Part shown: one piece after another, positions 50,364-61,844 of the stretch
Layout of the letters: the number at the start of each line of letters is the position of its first letter
How positions within the stretch are numbered: position 1 is the first letter of the stretch
Origin: Escherichia coli
Lineage (GTDB): Bacteria > Pseudomonadota > Gammaproteobacteria > Enterobacterales > Enterobacteriaceae
Length of the DNA stretch: 64,000 bases
Reading direction: 5' to 3' (one strand)
Assembly (NCBI RefSeq): GCF_016903815.1
Contig: NZ_CP069973.1
The notes under the pieces: generated by a model
Told to the model about the DNA's origin: nothing
What the model saw: the letters and a program-made list of their open reading frames with translations, nothing else
The model's database searches: none
Translations under genes and position numbers: made by a program

Positions 50364-50477
50364 CGCCTTTACTCCCTGTTAGTTGTTATTTATTGCCAAT
50401 GCTGAAAGTGGGTTTTTCCCTCACTCTGGAAGCCGAGGGGCCGGGGTGAGGGTAATTGTTTGCACCGGCGCGACTCT

Positions 50478-50526
50478 GTTCCCCTCACCCTAACCCTCTC
50501 CCCAAAGGGGCGAGGGGACTGTCCGT
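50478..50526. repeat. GC-rich palindromic intergenic repeat (family not confidently assigned), copy 1, between eutH and eutG
   Basis: gttcccctcaccctaaccctctccccaaaggggcgaggggactgtccgt; about 94% identical to copy at 63871-63923; partial inverted copy at 50408-50445. Confidence 0.75.
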
Positions 50527-50532
50527 ACACTT

Positions 50533-51720
50533 TTATTGCGCCGCTGCGTACAGGCCGACAATCTGCTCCAGGCTGGCGGTACGCGGGTTGCTGCGCAGAC
50601 AAATATCTTCCAGCGCGGCCTGCGCCCATGCACCGTAATGCGCAGATGTCGCACCAATATCGCCCAGTCGTTTACCAATCCCGACTTCCGCAATCAGCTC
50701 ACTTACCGCGTTAATAGCGTCACGATCGTCGGATTTTTTAGTTCGCAGCGCCCGACCAATCTGACTAAAGCGTTCACGACAAACCATCCGGTTAAATTCC
50801 ATCACCGTTGGCAACAACATGGCGTTCGCCAGACCGTGCGGAATATGCAGCGCCGCCCCCGGCTGATGCGCCATCGCGTGGCATAACCCAAGCCCCGCAC
50901 TGGAAAACGCCATTCCCGCCATGCATGAAGCCAGCAACATGCTCTCGCGCGCGGCAAGGTCATGACCGTAGCCCACCGCTTTCGGCAGTGATTTACCAAT
51001 CATCGCGATTGCGCCAATCGCCAGACTGTCGGTAAACGGTGTGGCGTTCAGCGCGCTGTACGCTTCAATAGCATGGGTTAACGCGTCGATACCGGTCATC
51101 GCCGTGACATGCGACGGCACGCCTTCGGTCAGCGCAGCGTCGAGAATCGCCACATCCGGCATCAGCGAGGCGTGGGCTAACACCTGCTTGCGCCCGCTCA
51201 CCGCGTCGATAATCACCGTTACGTTGGTGGTTTCAGAACCGGTTCCGGCGGTCGTTGGAATGGCAATCAACGGCAGGCGCGGTTGCAGAACGCTGGTTTC
51301 TGACATTTCTGCCAGCGTGCTATCCGGGTTTGTCACCAGCAACGCCACGGCTTTCGCCGCATCCAGCACCGAGCCGCCGCCAAACGCGATCACCCCGTCA
51401 CAACCTGATTCACGCAACTGCGCCACGGCTGCACACACGTCGGTGATGCACGGTTCGCCCACCGGACATGGCCAGAGCGTCATGGCGATACCTTTAACGG
51501 CCAGGCTACGCGTCAGCCCGGCGGTCATCCCCGCCTGATGCAAAAAGCTGTCTGCCATCACGAACAGATGTTTCAGCCCACGCGTTTGCGCTTGCTGCCC
51601 GCAACTGCTCATCGCGCCCGGACCGCAAAGCGTCACCGGTGGAACGCTAAATGTTTTTACCCGTTGCAGATTCAGGGTATCGAACGCCTGAAAGAGCGCG
51701 GTCTGCAATTCATTTTGCAT
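50533..51720 (-). CDS. eutG: iron-containing alcohol dehydrogenase EutG
   Basis: 395-aa ORF; Fe-ADH family. Confidence 0.95.
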   Translation of the reverse strand: MQNELQTALFQAFDTLNLQRVKTFSVPPVTLCGPGAMSSCGQQAQTRGLKHLFVMADSFLHQAGMTAGLTRSLAVKGIAMTLWPCPVGEPCITDVCAAVAQLRESGCDGVIAFGGGSVLDAAKAVALLVTNPDSTLAEMSETSVLQPRLPLIAIPTTAGTGSETTNVTVIIDAVSGRKQVLAHASLMPDVAILDAALTEGVPSHVTAMTGIDALTHAIEAYSALNATPFTDSLAIGAIAMIGKSLPKAVGYGHDLAARESMLLASCMAGMAFSSAGLGLCHAMAHQPGAALHIPHGLANAMLLPTVMEFNRMVCRERFSQIGRALRTKKSDDRDAINAVSELIAEVGIGKRLGDIGATSAHYGAWAQAALEDICLRSNPRTASLEQIVGLYAAAQ

Positions 51721-52546
51721 AGATCCCCTCCGCTTTCTCTCGCCCGCTACTGGCGATCGCCAGCGGGGTCATAAACAAACTGTGCTGCGGTAAATGCACC
51801 TGTAACGCCGGGAATTGTTTGCAAAACAGTTCCGCAACGCCCGGTTGCATACAGGAGCCGCCCGCCAGCCATAAATCAGTAATGCCCTGCCCTTCAATAT
51901 GCCGGGCGACAATGTCCGCCATTTTTTCGTACACCGGTTTCACCGCGGGCCAAATCTCTTCACCGTGACCGCGCTTGTACTGCTCCGCCTCTTCCAGCGA
52001 AATACGGCGATTTCCGGCGAGAGTCAGAGAGATATGATGTCCGCCGGTGGCTTCATCTGCCGAGTAAGTCACCTTGCCCTTTTTCACGATGGCAATGCCG
52101 GTGGTGCCGCCGCCGATATCCACTACACCGGCGTTGTCCAGTTGCAGCAGATCCGCGACTGCGGTTGGCTCATCCAGCACATGGCTCACTTCCAGCCCGG
52201 CAGACTCCAGCACGTTGATGGAAATACGCGGGTCCGTACCTGGAGGAAAAGAGGTCGCCGCATGGCTAAAACGGCGACCGAATTGCTGCTCGAGGGTGTC
52301 GAGATGGCGACGAACAATGGTGACCGCACCGAAGAAATCCCAGACGATGCCGTCGCGGACCACATCAGCCCAGTCGAGGCATACCGCCACCGGCTGACCG
52401 TCGCGGTCAACAACCATCGACACCACATCGCAGGTGCCCAGATCCACCCCCAGCCACAGCGGAGATTCCGTCGCGGCAGGCGTCTGGTTACACAGCGTTG
52501 CTGCTATGTGCAGACGTGGGGTGAGCCATTGTTCGTCGTGCGCCAT
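51710..52546 (-). CDS. eutJ: putative chaperonin EutJ (DnaK/actin-like ATPase fold)
   Basis: 278-aa ORF; ASKHA phosphate motifs (VDLGTCD, VVDIGGGTTG). Confidence 0.95.
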   Translation of the reverse strand: MAHDEQWLTPRLHIAATLCNQTPAATESPLWLGVDLGTCDVVSMVVDRDGQPVAVCLDWADVVRDGIVWDFFGAVTIVRRHLDTLEQQFGRRFSHAATSFPPGTDPRISINVLESAGLEVSHVLDEPTAVADLLQLDNAGVVDIGGGTTGIAIVKKGKVTYSADEATGGHHISLTLAGNRRISLEEAEQYKRGHGEEIWPAVKPVYEKMADIVARHIEGQGITDLWLAGGSCMQPGVAELFCKQFPALQVHLPQHSLFMTPLAIASSGREKAEGIYAK

Positions 52547-52556
52547 CTGTTACTCC

Positions 52557-53960
52557 TTAAACAATGCGAAACGCATCGACTAATACACAGCGACGCAGAC
52601 GGACAAACGTCCGCGCGCTGGTTACCCCTTCACCGGTTGGCGTGGTGATGGTCATGGTGGTCCAGCCTTCCCCGCCCAGCCCCAGCCCGGCAATACACGG
52701 TCCGTTCTTAACGAAAATGCTGGTATCAATGGCATTCGCCATCTGGTTCATGTTTTCGATGTTGCGCGAGTGCATTGCCGCCGTGTGATGGCAACCGCCT
52801 TCCAGTTTCACCGCCAGCGCAATGGCATCCGCCACGTTGGCGACGCGCACGACGGGCAGCACCGGCATCATCAGTTCAGTCACAGCAAACGGATGTTCTG
52901 CGGTGGTTTCTACAAACAGCAGTCGCGTTTGTTCCGGAACTTTAAGGCCGATTGCCGCCGCGATTTTCGCCGCATCGCGACCAACCCAGTCACGGCTGAC
53001 GGTGCCTTTTCCGCGCTCGTCGATATTTTTCAGCAACACCGGTTGCAGCTGCTGCGCCTGCTCTGCGGTCAGTTTCACCGCGTGCTGGCCTTCCATCAGA
53101 CGCATCAGTTCATCGGCTACGCTATCCACAACAATCAGTACCTTTTCGTCGGCACAAATGATGTTGTTATCGAAAGACGCGCCTTTGACGATGGACTGAG
53201 CAGCACGGGCGAGGTCAGCGGTTTCATCCACCACTACCGGCGGGTTGCCAGCGCCTGCGGCAATCAGACGTTTATTGGTGTGTTTACGCGCCGCTTCTAC
53301 TACCGCTTCGCCGCCGGTCACCACCAGCAGGCCGATGCCCGGAAACTTGAACAAACGTTGAGCGGTTTCGATATCCGGATTTGCCACAGTAACCAGTAAG
53401 TTTTCCGGCCCGCCTGCGGCAACAATCGCCTGGTTGAGCAGCGTAATCGCCCGCTGGGAGACTTTTTTCGCCGCCGGATGCGGGGCAAAAATGACGCTGT
53501 TGCCCGCGGCAATCAGGCTTATGGCGTTATTAATTACGGTTGCCGCCGGGTTGGTGGACGGAGTTACCGAAGCCACCACGCCCCAGGGCGCGTTTTCAAT
53601 TAAAGTCAGGCCGTTGTCGCCAGTCAGCACCTGCGGAGAGAGGCACTCAACGCCCGGTGTGCCGCGCGCCTGAGCAACGTTTTTGGCAAATTTATCTTCG
53701 ACGCGGCCCATGCCGGTTTCACTGACGGCAAGCTCCGCTAAATCTCTGGCGTGTTTTTCGCCTGCTTCACGAATGGCAGCAATGGCTAACTGGCGCATTG
53801 CCACGCTCTTTAACCCTTGCTGGGCAATTTTGGCTGCCGCAACGGCGTCATCCAGGGACGCGAAAACGCCCATCTCATGAACGGCGGCGGGCGGCGTATC
53901 ACTGCTTTGCATTTTCAGCAGTACCGCTTTCACCACCTGTTCAATATCCTGTTGATTCAT
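52557..53960 (-). CDS. eutE: CoA-acylating acetaldehyde dehydrogenase EutE
   Basis: 467-aa ORF; aldehyde dehydrogenase family with N-terminal encapsulation-type helix. Confidence 0.96.
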   Translation of the reverse strand: MNQQDIEQVVKAVLLKMQSSDTPPAAVHEMGVFASLDDAVAAAKIAQQGLKSVAMRQLAIAAIREAGEKHARDLAELAVSETGMGRVEDKFAKNVAQARGTPGVECLSPQVLTGDNGLTLIENAPWGVVASVTPSTNPAATVINNAISLIAAGNSVIFAPHPAAKKVSQRAITLLNQAIVAAGGPENLLVTVANPDIETAQRLFKFPGIGLLVVTGGEAVVEAARKHTNKRLIAAGAGNPPVVVDETADLARAAQSIVKGASFDNNIICADEKVLIVVDSVADELMRLMEGQHAVKLTAEQAQQLQPVLLKNIDERGKGTVSRDWVGRDAAKIAAAIGLKVPEQTRLLFVETTAEHPFAVTELMMPVLPVVRVANVADAIALAVKLEGGCHHTAAMHSRNIENMNQMANAIDTSIFVKNGPCIAGLGLGGEGWTTMTITTPTGEGVTSARTFVRLRRCVLVDAFRIV

Positions 53961-53971
53961 GATGTTCTGCC

Positions 53972-54259
53972 TTATTTGTGGAAAATTACCTGACCGCCAG
54001 ACACCACCTCATCGACAATGCCAATCACGCACAGATCGACCGGTGACGTTTCGCTTTTATGCGCCTGGCGGGCGGAACTGCCACTCACCAGCAACACCCA
54101 CTCCCCGGTTCCCGCGCCAATATTGTCGATGGCGACGGCGCATTGCCCGTCAGGATTACCTTGTGGATCAATCATTTCCACCATCAGCAATTTGTCATGC
54201 GCCAGTCCGTGATGGCGTACGGTACAAACAATTTGTCCAGTGACGACTGCCAGTTTCAT
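53972..54259 (-). CDS. eutN: microcompartment vertex protein EutN (BMV/CcmL family)
   Basis: 95-aa ORF MKLAVVTGQIVCTVRHHGLAHDKLLMVE. Confidence 0.96.
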   Translation of the reverse strand: MKLAVVTGQIVCTVRHHGLAHDKLLMVEMIDPQGNPDGQCAVAIDNIGAGTGEWVLLVSGSSARQAHKSETSPVDLCVIGIVDEVVSGGQVIFHK

Positions 54260-54365
54260 ACCCGCCTCCGTGGCGTATTTCAGGTAAAAGCTCCCCCTAC
54301 CCTCCGCGGAAGGTAAACTGAAAAAGGAGAGAGCGTGACGCCCGAATCGACGTCACACAGGGTGA

Positions 54366-54659
54366 TTACAGGTTGCTGCTATCGCCTTTCAGGCCGATCG
54401 GGAAGACTTCTTCCAGGTCGCCGTGCGGACGCGGGATAACGTGTACAGATACCAGCTCGCCGATACGCTGTGCCGCGGCGGCACCTGCGTCGGTCGCGGC
54501 TTTACAGGCTGCAACATCACCACGAACCATGGCAGTACACAGGCCGCCGCCAATCTGCTTAACACCAACCAGCTTGACGCGCGCAGCTTTCACCATCGCG
54601 TCAGAAGCCTCAATCAGTGCAACCAGGCCCCGGGTTTCGATCATTCCTAATGCTTCCAT
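54366..54659 (-). CDS. eutM: major microcompartment shell protein EutM (BMC-H)
   Basis: ORF 54366-54701; start [28 protein letters not shown], 97 aa. Confidence 0.97.
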   Translation of the reverse strand: MEALGMIETRGLVALIEASDAMVKAARVKLVGVKQIGGGLCTAMVRGDVAACKAATDAGAAAAQRIGELVSVHVIPRPHGDLEEVFPIGLKGDSSNL

Positions 54660-54697
54660 TGTGCTTTCCTCTTTATCAGGGTCCAGAACGGGACCGT

Positions 54698-55714
54698 TCA
54701 TTCAACCAGTGTTTGTAAACTGCTTTCGCGGTTCACTTCTGTCTGACGCGGCACAGCTGCCACCAGCGCCAGCTCGATAATTTCCTGCACGCTACAACCA
54801 CGAGAGAGATCGTGCATCGGCGCGGCAAGCCCTTGTATCAATGGCCCGACGGCACGATATCCGCCGAGTCGTTGTGCGATTTTGTAGCCAATATTTCCGG
54901 CTTCCAGCGACGGAAAAACCATCACATTGGCCTTGCCTTGTAGCGGGCTGGCAGGCGCTTTTTGCGCCGCCACTTCCGGCACGAAGGCGGCGTCAAACTG
55001 CAACTCGCCATCCACCACCAGCTTCGGTGCGCGCTCACGGACGATTTCTGTCGCCTGCTGGACGTTGGCAACGCAGGGGTGACGGGCACTACCGTTGCTG
55101 GAAAACGACAGCATCGCCACGCGCGGTTCTTCTCCGGTGATGGCGCGCCAGGTTTCGGCGCTGGCAAGCGCGATATCCGCCAGTTGCGCCGCCGTCGGCT
55201 GTGGCACTACGCTGCAATCGGCAAAGCCCAATGCGGGGCCACTGTACTGTGGCAGCATCAGGAAAATGGAGGAGAGCGTTTTACAGCCTGGCTGTAAGCC
55301 AATAATGCGTAATCCGGCACGCAGCACATTCGCCGTGGAAGAGAGATTGCCCGCGATACAGACATCCGCTGTCCCGGCGCTGACCATTGCGGCAGCGAAC
55401 ATCAGCGGATCGGTGAGTTTTTCCAACGCATCCGGCGGCGTTTTTTCGCCCGCACGGGCCAGCCAGCGGAGAGCAAATTCTTCCCGCATTGCGAGGTTGC
55501 CATGCGGATCTATCACCTGTAGCCCGTCCATCGCCACGCCGTGACTGAGCGCAAACTGACGAAGTTCAAACGGATTGGCGACCAGAATGGGCGTTGCCAG
55601 ACCTTGTTGATGTAAATATTGCGCGGCTTTCAGCACACGTTGATCTAACGCATCCGGAAAAACCACTCTGGCGGGCGCTCGCAACGCCAGTTCACGACAA
55701 CGTTCAATAATCAT
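54698..55714 (-). CDS. eutD: phosphotransacetylase EutD
   Basis: 338-aa [37 protein letters not shown] family. Confidence 0.96.
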   Translation of the reverse strand: MIIERCRELALRAPARVVFPDALDQRVLKAAQYLHQQGLATPILVANPFELRQFALSHGVAMDGLQVIDPHGNLAMREEFALRWLARAGEKTPPDALEKLTDPLMFAAAMVSAGTADVCIAGNLSSTANVLRAGLRIIGLQPGCKTLSSIFLMLPQYSGPALGFADCSVVPQPTAAQLADIALASAETWRAITGEEPRVAMLSFSSNGSARHPCVANVQQATEIVRERAPKLVVDGELQFDAAFVPEVAAQKAPASPLQGKANVMVFPSLEAGNIGYKIAQRLGGYRAVGPLIQGLAAPMHDLSRGCSVQEIIELALVAAVPRQTEVNRESSLQTLVE

Positions 55715-56514
55715 TGCGTTTCCCCCAGTCGTTGTTGGATCTGCTTCACCGTTAGCGGCTGCTTCGTTACGCTCAGGATCATCATCACGTAGACCGTGCT
55801 CGAAAGGCGGTTCAGCGCCTGCAAGATGTCCGGGCGTAATACTTCAAAACTGCGGGTTATAAACACCTGCGCCGCTACGGTTTCGGTTTCCCGCACTTTG
55901 GTGCGTAGCAGATTGAGTAACGCCGCATCGCGCCCGTGGCTGGCTTCCGGCACCAGATGATCGTGACCAAGATAGCGCAGCGGCTGATGAGAAAGCCGAT
56001 GCAGATCTTCGTCAGAAAGCCCGACAATCGCTTGGCAGGCCAGCGGTTCCCCCAGCGCATCGGCGCGCATAATGTTGCCAAGACGCGAGCGGATGTCCGC
56101 CAGCCACGGCTGCCACGGTTCCGCCAGTTCAATTTGCAGCCACACTGCCAGCGCAATGGTGCTGTCGAGAACCGCGCGAAAACCCAGACGCGGATCGCTT
56201 TTGGCGACCATTTTTTCCGCCGACAGGTGAGTCAGCGTGTCCGGCTTTTTCGCCACCGGCTGGCGGCACAGTTCGCAGCACGCCTGCCGATGTTCATCAC
56301 TACTGGTCAGCCCGTGAACGGGCTGCGGCTGCTGCTGTTCATCGTCAACAAACAGGCGGCCCTGCTCGTCAATAAACTTGATGCGCAGATGGCGGCTTTC
56401 CAGCAACTCCCGGGCAGAGGGCGTCAGGCGACTGTCCGCAGGGAGATGGATCTCTGCGCCTTCGCTAAGCGTATGATTCGCTCTTAGCCATGCTTCGGTG
56501 ATGAAATCTTTCAT
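55711..56514 (-). CDS. eutT: corrinoid (cobalamin) adenosyltransferase EutT
   Basis: 267-aa ORF; 4-bp overlaps with eutD and eutQ. Confidence 0.95.
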   Translation of the reverse strand: MKDFITEAWLRANHTLSEGAEIHLPADSRLTPSARELLESRHLRIKFIDEQGRLFVDDEQQQPQPVHGLTSSDEHRQACCELCRQPVAKKPDTLTHLSAEKMVAKSDPRLGFRAVLDSTIALAVWLQIELAEPWQPWLADIRSRLGNIMRADALGEPLACQAIVGLSDEDLHRLSHQPLRYLGHDHLVPEASHGRDAALLNLLRTKVRETETVAAQVFITRSFEVLRPDILQALNRLSSTVYVMMILSVTKQPLTVKQIQQRLGETQ

Positions 56515-57212
56515 AGGGATTGCCAGTTAGCCGGCCAGGCGACATACAGGAATTTCACGCTGGATGTCGTACCAAATTCGATGCTGGAGCCTTTCGGGAT
56601 AAACATTACGTCGCCTGCTTTGGCGATCATGGTTTCGCCTTCGTGGCGAACATGCAGCTCCCCTTCCAGCACCATGTCGATTTCGTCGTAGTTCAGGGTC
56701 CACGGGAAGAATGCGTTCTCCCACTGCATAAAACCGGCGGCCATGCTGCTGCCGTCGTCTCCGGTCACAAGATCAGTCAAGCCCACGCAATGCGGCTCTG
56801 CGCCGTCGAAACGACCAAACTTGACGCTGCTGCCATCAATAACTTTGATGCCGCCTTTGCCGGTCACCGATTTGAAACTCGGCTGCATTGCACCCTGCTC
56901 CAGTGACTGTTTTTCCTTCATCACTTTTTCCATCAGCTGCGCGACCAGGCTTTCGGTAAACTGGCCTTCCGGTAGCTGGGCGATGATGGTTTCGCGGATA
57001 CGCTGGCTTTCGGTTTTATCGGCTGGCACGCAGGCGGGAACGGACGCCGTTACCGGGGTCGATTCATCACATTCAGTGATGGTAAAACCCAGTAGATCTG
57101 CCACTTCACGGGCTTCCGGGGTAATAATGCTGGCGCGCAGAACCACGGACATTGCCTGTTCGCCGCGCGCGTGTGCTTCACGAATATCATTCGCTGTGAT
57201 GAGTTTTTTCAC
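56511..57212 (-). CDS. eutQ: cupin-fold protein EutQ (acetate kinase activity reported)
   Basis: 233-aa ORF; C-terminal cupin. Confidence 0.94.
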   Translation of the reverse strand: MKKLITANDIREAHARGEQAMSVVLRASIITPEAREVADLLGFTITECDESTPVTASVPACVPADKTESQRIRETIIAQLPEGQFTESLVAQLMEKVMKEKQSLEQGAMQPSFKSVTGKGGIKVIDGSSVKFGRFDGAEPHCVGLTDLVTGDDGSSMAAGFMQWENAFFPWTLNYDEIDMVLEGELHVRHEGETMIAKAGDVMFIPKGSSIEFGTTSSVKFLYVAWPANWQSL

Positions 57213-57666
57213 CTGCTTCCTCCTGTTTGGTGAGAGATGCCAGATAATCCACCAGTTGCTGCACGCTTTGCGGGTCGTGGCTGTTTAGCTCGAAAATCGG
57301 CTCTTCGAAGCCCGTCTCAAGCAATAACTTTCGCGTTGCGGCGACGTCAGCATCTGGCATGTCCGTTTTACTGATGACGGCGATTTGCCGTTTGCTGACG
57401 CCAATATCCAGCAACCCGGCAGGCAACCGACTTTCCGGGTCATTCGCGCCGTGGACATAGATCAGCATGTCCACATCCTGTAGCGTGGTAATTAAGGCGT
57501 GATACCAGCGGGGATGGCTAAAATATTCACCCGGCGTATCAATATCACCCTTATCATTAAATTCTACGGCCTGCGTTTTTCTGGCGAGGGTATAATCTCC
57601 CTGCAACGCATTAAATAACGTTGTTTTTCCTGCCCCGACGGTACCCACAAACGCAATTCGTTTCAT
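57187..57666 (-). CDS. eutP: P-loop NTPase EutP
   Basis: 159-aa ORF MKRIAFVGTVGAGKTTLFNALQG (Walker A); 26-bp overlap with eutQ. Confidence 0.95.
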   Translation of the reverse strand: MKRIAFVGTVGAGKTTLFNALQGDYTLARKTQAVEFNDKGDIDTPGEYFSHPRWYHALITTLQDVDMLIYVHGANDPESRLPAGLLDIGVSKRQIAVISKTDMPDADVAATRKLLLETGFEEPIFELNSHDPQSVQQLVDYLASLTKQEEAGEKTHHSE

Positions 57667-57678
57667 GAATGCCTCGTA

Positions 57679-58014
57679 TTAACTTTTGGTCATTTCACAA
57701 AGCGTATAATTTAATAAACGCCCTAAACCGCTGACGGTTTGTGATAACGCTTCTTCTACTGCACCCACCGAGCCATAAATCACCAACGCGCCGCTAAAAC
57801 GGTCGAGAAAACCGATATGCACATCGGCGGCTTTTAGTGCTAAATCACCGGCGATCATCGCCGTTTCGCCGGGAGTTAGCGTCATAATGCCGATTGCGCC
57901 CGCATCAGGAACGCCGATTTTCTTCGCCAGTTCCTCGCCGGGATGCGCGATGAGATGCGCCAGTGTGACCTGTTTACCGGGCACAAATTCCTGAATGATG
58001 CGTTCTTTATCCAT
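57679..58014 (-). CDS. eutS: microcompartment shell protein EutS (circularly permuted BMC)
   Basis: ORF 57679-58086; likely start [26 protein letters not shown], 111 aa; first gene of eut operon. Confidence 0.95.
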
Positions 58015-58086
58015 GAGTCGCCGCCTGTGAAAAACTTTCGTGTATCGTGACAATTTTTCGTCAGAGTAAATAACAAAATTCGGCAA

Positions 58087-58249
58087 GCGCGTTTAAAAGG
58101 TGAGGTAGATCACTAAGAATGGAGAGATATTTACTGTTATGAATAAACTTTCATATGCGACGCATGAATATAAATAAAATAATATCGAGATATTTCATAT
58201 ACTGCTTTTTTTATTATTCGTAAACTCAGTAATAAGCTTTACTAATATA
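58087..58249 (-). promoter_or_regulatory. AT-rich leader/promoter region of eut operon (upstream of eutS)
   Basis: strongly AT-rich 160 bp directly upstream of eutS; exact -10/-35 not resolved by eye. Confidence 0.4.
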
Positions 58250-58261
58250 TTTCAGGAAAAC

Positions 58262-58289
58262 CGCTTACCCTGAATATTCAGGGTAAGCG
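58262..58289 (-). terminator. probable maeB terminator (perfect 14-bp-arm palindrome)
   Basis: cgcttaccctgaat-attcagggtaagcg, followed on minus strand by GTTTTCC; 18 bp downstream of maeB stop. Confidence 0.55.
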
Positions 58290-58306
58290 TGAGAGTTAAG
58301 AATGAA

Positions 58307-60586
58307 TTACAGCGGTTGGGTTTGCGCTTCAACCACAGCCAGCGCCACCATGTTGACGATACGACGTACCGATGCGATCGGCGTTAACACGTGAACCGGT
58401 TTCGCCACCCCCATCAGCACCGGGCCGACAGTCACACCTTCCGAGCTGGAAACGCGCAATAAGTTGTAACTAATGCGGGCAGCTTCCATGTTCGGCATCA
58501 CCAGAATATTAGCGGAACCTTTCAAAGGGCTGTCCGGCATACGGTCGCTGCGAATCGCTTCCACCAGCGCTGCATCGCCGTGCATTTCACCATCAATCAT
58601 CAGTTCTGGTGCACGTTCCCTGACCAGTTCCAGCGCCTGACGCATTTTGCTCGAAGACGGGCAGTCAGAAGAACCAAAGTTGGAGTGCGACAATAGAGCA
58701 ACGCGCGGTTCAATACCGAAACGACGGACAGTTTCTGCCGCCATCAAGGTGATCTCCGCCAGCTCTTCTGCGTCTGGTTCGTCATTAACGTATGTATCGG
58801 CAATAAAGGTGTTACCACTCGGCAGCAGCAGCGCGTTCATGGCACCTGCGGTGTGAACGCCATCGCGATAACCAAAGACATTTTTCACCACGCTAAAATG
58901 TTCATGATAATCGCCCACCGTACCGCAGATCATTGCATCGGCTTCGCCACGCTGAACCATGATCGCGCCAATCACTGTCGGATTACTGATCAGCGCACGC
59001 TGCGCCTGCTCCTGAGTGACACCGCGACGCTTCATGATCTGGAAGTATTCAGTCCAGTACTCTTTAAAGCGCGGATCGGATTCGTTATTGACGATCTCAA
59101 AATCAACACCCGCTTTGATCTGCAAGCCCAGTTTCTGAATGCGCATTTCGATCACGTTCGGACGACCGATAAGGATCGGTTTCGCCAGCCCCAGCGTTAC
59201 CAGTTCCTGAGTGGCATGCAGAACGCGCGCCTCTTCACCTTCCGGCAGAACGACGCGCTTCGGCGCTTTGCGAGCCTGGGAAAAAATCGGCTTCATAAAC
59301 AGGTTGGTTTTGTAAACGAACTCAGTCAGCTTGTCGATGTAGACGTCGAAATCAGCAATCGGACGCGTCGCAACGCCCGACTCCATCGCTGCTTTCGCGA
59401 CCGCAGGAGCGATCTTAACGATCAAGCGCGGATCAAACGGTTTTGGAATGATGTATTCCGGACCAAAGCTCAGATCCTGATCGCCATAAGCTGAAGCCAC
59501 CACTTCACTCTGTTCCGCATGGGCCAGTTCTGCAATCGCGCGTACCGCCGCCAGTTTCATCTCTTCGTTGATGGCGGTTGCGCCAACGTCCAGCGCGCCA
59601 CGGAAGATGAACGGGAAGCAAAGAACGTTGTTCACCTGGTTCGGGTAGTCGGAACGGCCGGTACAGATGATGGCATCCGGACGCACTTCTTTCGCCAGCG
59701 GCGGCAGAATTTCCGGTTCCGGGTTCGCCAGCGCCAGGATCATTGGCGCACGGGCCATTTTCTTCACCATTTCCTGGGTCAGCACTTTCGGGCCGGAACA
59801 TCCCAGGAAAATATCCGCGCCTTCAATCACATCATCGAGGGTACGTTTGCCGTCATCCACCACCGCATATGCGGCTTTGGTTTCCGCCATGTTTGGTTCA
59901 CGGCCCTGATAGATAACGCCTTTTGAGTCGCAAACCACGATGTTATGTTTTTGCAGACCCAGCGCTACCAGCAGGTTCATACAGGCGATTGCTGCGGCAC
60001 CCGCGCCGGAAACCACCATCCGCACGTCAGAGATGTTTTTCTCCACCACGCGCAAACCGTTGAGGATGGCGGCAGTGCTGATGATTGCCGTGCCGTGCTG
60101 ATCGTCGTGGAATACCGGAATATTCATCCGCTCGCGCAGTTTCTGTTCAATATAGAAACATTCTGGCGCTTTAATGTCTTCGAGGTTGATGCCGCCGAAG
60201 GTCGGTTCAAGCGCGGCGACGACTTCAATAAATTTGTCCGGGTCGAGTTCATCAACTTCAATGTCAAATACATCAATCCCGGCGAATTTCTTAAACAGAA
60301 CGCCCTTGCCTTCCATCACCGGTTTGCCTGCCAGCGCGCCAATGTTGCCTAACCCCAGCACCGCCGTACCGTTAGAGATCACCGCTACCAGGTTACCGCG
60401 CGCGGTATATTTGTAGGCTTTTAACGGGTCTTTTTCGATTTCAAGACAAGGTGCGGCAACGCCTGGTGAGTAGGCCAGCGCCAGATCGCGCTGCGTTGCC
60501 AGAGGCTTGGTTGGAGAAACCTGGATTTTCCCTGGAACTGGAAATTCATGGAAATCAAGTGCACTTTGTTTTAACTGGTCATCCAT
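58307..60586 (-). CDS. maeB: NADP-dependent malic enzyme (malic enzyme plus PTA-like domain)
   Basis: 759-aa [50 protein letters not shown]. Confidence 0.97.
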   Translation of the reverse strand: MDDQLKQSALDFHEFPVPGKIQVSPTKPLATQRDLALAYSPGVAAPCLEIEKDPLKAYKYTARGNLVAVISNGTAVLGLGNIGALAGKPVMEGKGVLFKKFAGIDVFDIEVDELDPDKFIEVVAALEPTFGGINLEDIKAPECFYIEQKLRERMNIPVFHDDQHGTAIISTAAILNGLRVVEKNISDVRMVVSGAGAAAIACMNLLVALGLQKHNIVVCDSKGVIYQGREPNMAETKAAYAVVDDGKRTLDDVIEGADIFLGCSGPKVLTQEMVKKMARAPMILALANPEPEILPPLAKEVRPDAIICTGRSDYPNQVNNVLCFPFIFRGALDVGATAINEEMKLAAVRAIAELAHAEQSEVVASAYGDQDLSFGPEYIIPKPFDPRLIVKIAPAVAKAAMESGVATRPIADFDVYIDKLTEFVYKTNLFMKPIFSQARKAPKRVVLPEGEEARVLHATQELVTLGLAKPILIGRPNVIEMRIQKLGLQIKAGVDFEIVNNESDPRFKEYWTEYFQIMKRRGVTQEQAQRALISNPTVIGAIMVQRGEADAMICGTVGDYHEHFSVVKNVFGYRDGVHTAGAMNALLLPSGNTFIADTYVNDEPDAEELAEITLMAAETVRRFGIEPRVALLSHSNFGSSDCPSSSKMRQALELVRERAPELMIDGEMHGDAALVEAIRSDRMPDSPLKGSANILVMPNMEAARISYNLLRVSSSEGVTVGPVLMGVAKPVHVLTPIASVRRIVNMVALAVVEAQTQPL

Positions 60587-60874
60587 TTGGTTGTTCCTTT
60601 CACGTAACGTTCACAAATAAAGTGTGTGGGCAACAGCCCCTGCCCACAACGTGGCGCACATTATTACCCTGCCGGAGTCTACAGACTTTGAGCAAGTCCA
60701 AACTATCACCATTAATATAATGTTTTGGTAATAATCCTATAACACTGATGTTACCTGCTTAATCCAGCAATACCATGCCTGTCTGCTATGCTTTTTTGAT
60801 GCGTTTAGCGAAATTTCTCAGAAGTGTGAATTAACGCACTCATCTAACACTTTACTTTTCAAGGAGTATTTCCT

Positions 60875-61825
60875 ATGAACGAGTTAGACGGCATCAAACA
60901 GTTCACCACTGTCGTGGCAGACAGCGGCGATATTGAGTCCATTCGCCATTATCATCCCCAGGATGCCACCACCAATCCTTCGCTGTTACTCAAGGCTGCC
61001 GGATTATCACAATATGAGCATTTAATAGACGATGCTATCGCCTGGGGTAGAAAAAATGGCAAAACCCAGGAACAACAGGTGGTCGCAGCGTGTGACAAAC
61101 TGGCGGTCAATTTCGGTGCTGAAATTCTCAAAATCGTACCCGGTCGCGTGTCAACAGAAGTTGATGCACGCCTCTCTTTTGATAAAGAAAAGAGTATTGA
61201 GAAGGCGCGCCATCTGGTGGACTTGTATCAGCAACAAGGCGTTGAGAAATCACGCATTCTGATCAAACTGGCTTCGACCTGGGAAGGAATTCGCGCGGCA
61301 GAAGAGCTGGAAAAAGAAGGTATTAACTGCAACCTGACGCTGCTGTTTTCTTTTGCACAGGCGCGGGCCTGTGCAGAAGCAGGCGTTTTTCTGATTTCGC
61401 CGTTTGTCGGGCGTATTTATGACTGGTATCAGGCACGCAAGCCGATGGACCCGTATGTGGTGGAAGAAGATCCAGGCGTTAAATCAGTACGCAATATCTA
61501 CGACTACTATAAGCAACACCACTATGAAACCATTGTGATGGGCGCGAGCTTCCGTCGCACCGAACAAATCCTCGCCTTAACCGGCTGCGATCGACTGACT
61601 ATCGCACCGAATTTGCTGAAGGAGCTGCAGGAAAAAGTTTCGCCAGTGGTACGTAAATTAATCCCACCTTCTCAGACGTTCCCACGCCCCGCTCCCATGA
61701 GCGAAGCGGAGTTCCGTTGGGAGCACAATCAGGATGCGATGGCGGTAGAAAAACTGTCTGAAGGCATTCGTCTGTTCGCCGTTGATCAACGCAAACTGGA
61801 AGATCTTCTTGCCGCCAAACTATAA
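60875..61825 (+). CDS. talA: transaldolase A
   Basis: 316-aa [46 protein letters not shown]; active-site Lys region [11 protein letters not shown]. Confidence 0.97.
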   Translation: MNELDGIKQFTTVVADSGDIESIRHYHPQDATTNPSLLLKAAGLSQYEHLIDDAIAWGRKNGKTQEQQVVAACDKLAVNFGAEILKIVPGRVSTEVDARLSFDKEKSIEKARHLVDLYQQQGVEKSRILIKLASTWEGIRAAEELEKEGINCNLTLLFSFAQARACAEAGVFLISPFVGRIYDWYQARKPMDPYVVEEDPGVKSVRNIYDYYKQHHYETIVMGASFRRTEQILALTGCDRLTIAPNLLKELQEKVSPVVRKLIPPSQTFPRPAPMSEAEFRWEHNQDAMAVEKLSEGIRLFAVDQRKLEDLLAAKL

Positions 61826-61844
61826 ACCAGCCACGGAGTGTTAT

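Noticed and set aside
52770-53399. 209-aa ORF on plus strand and neighbours within eutE/eutJ/eutG
   Set aside because: Antisense to well-conserved eut genes.
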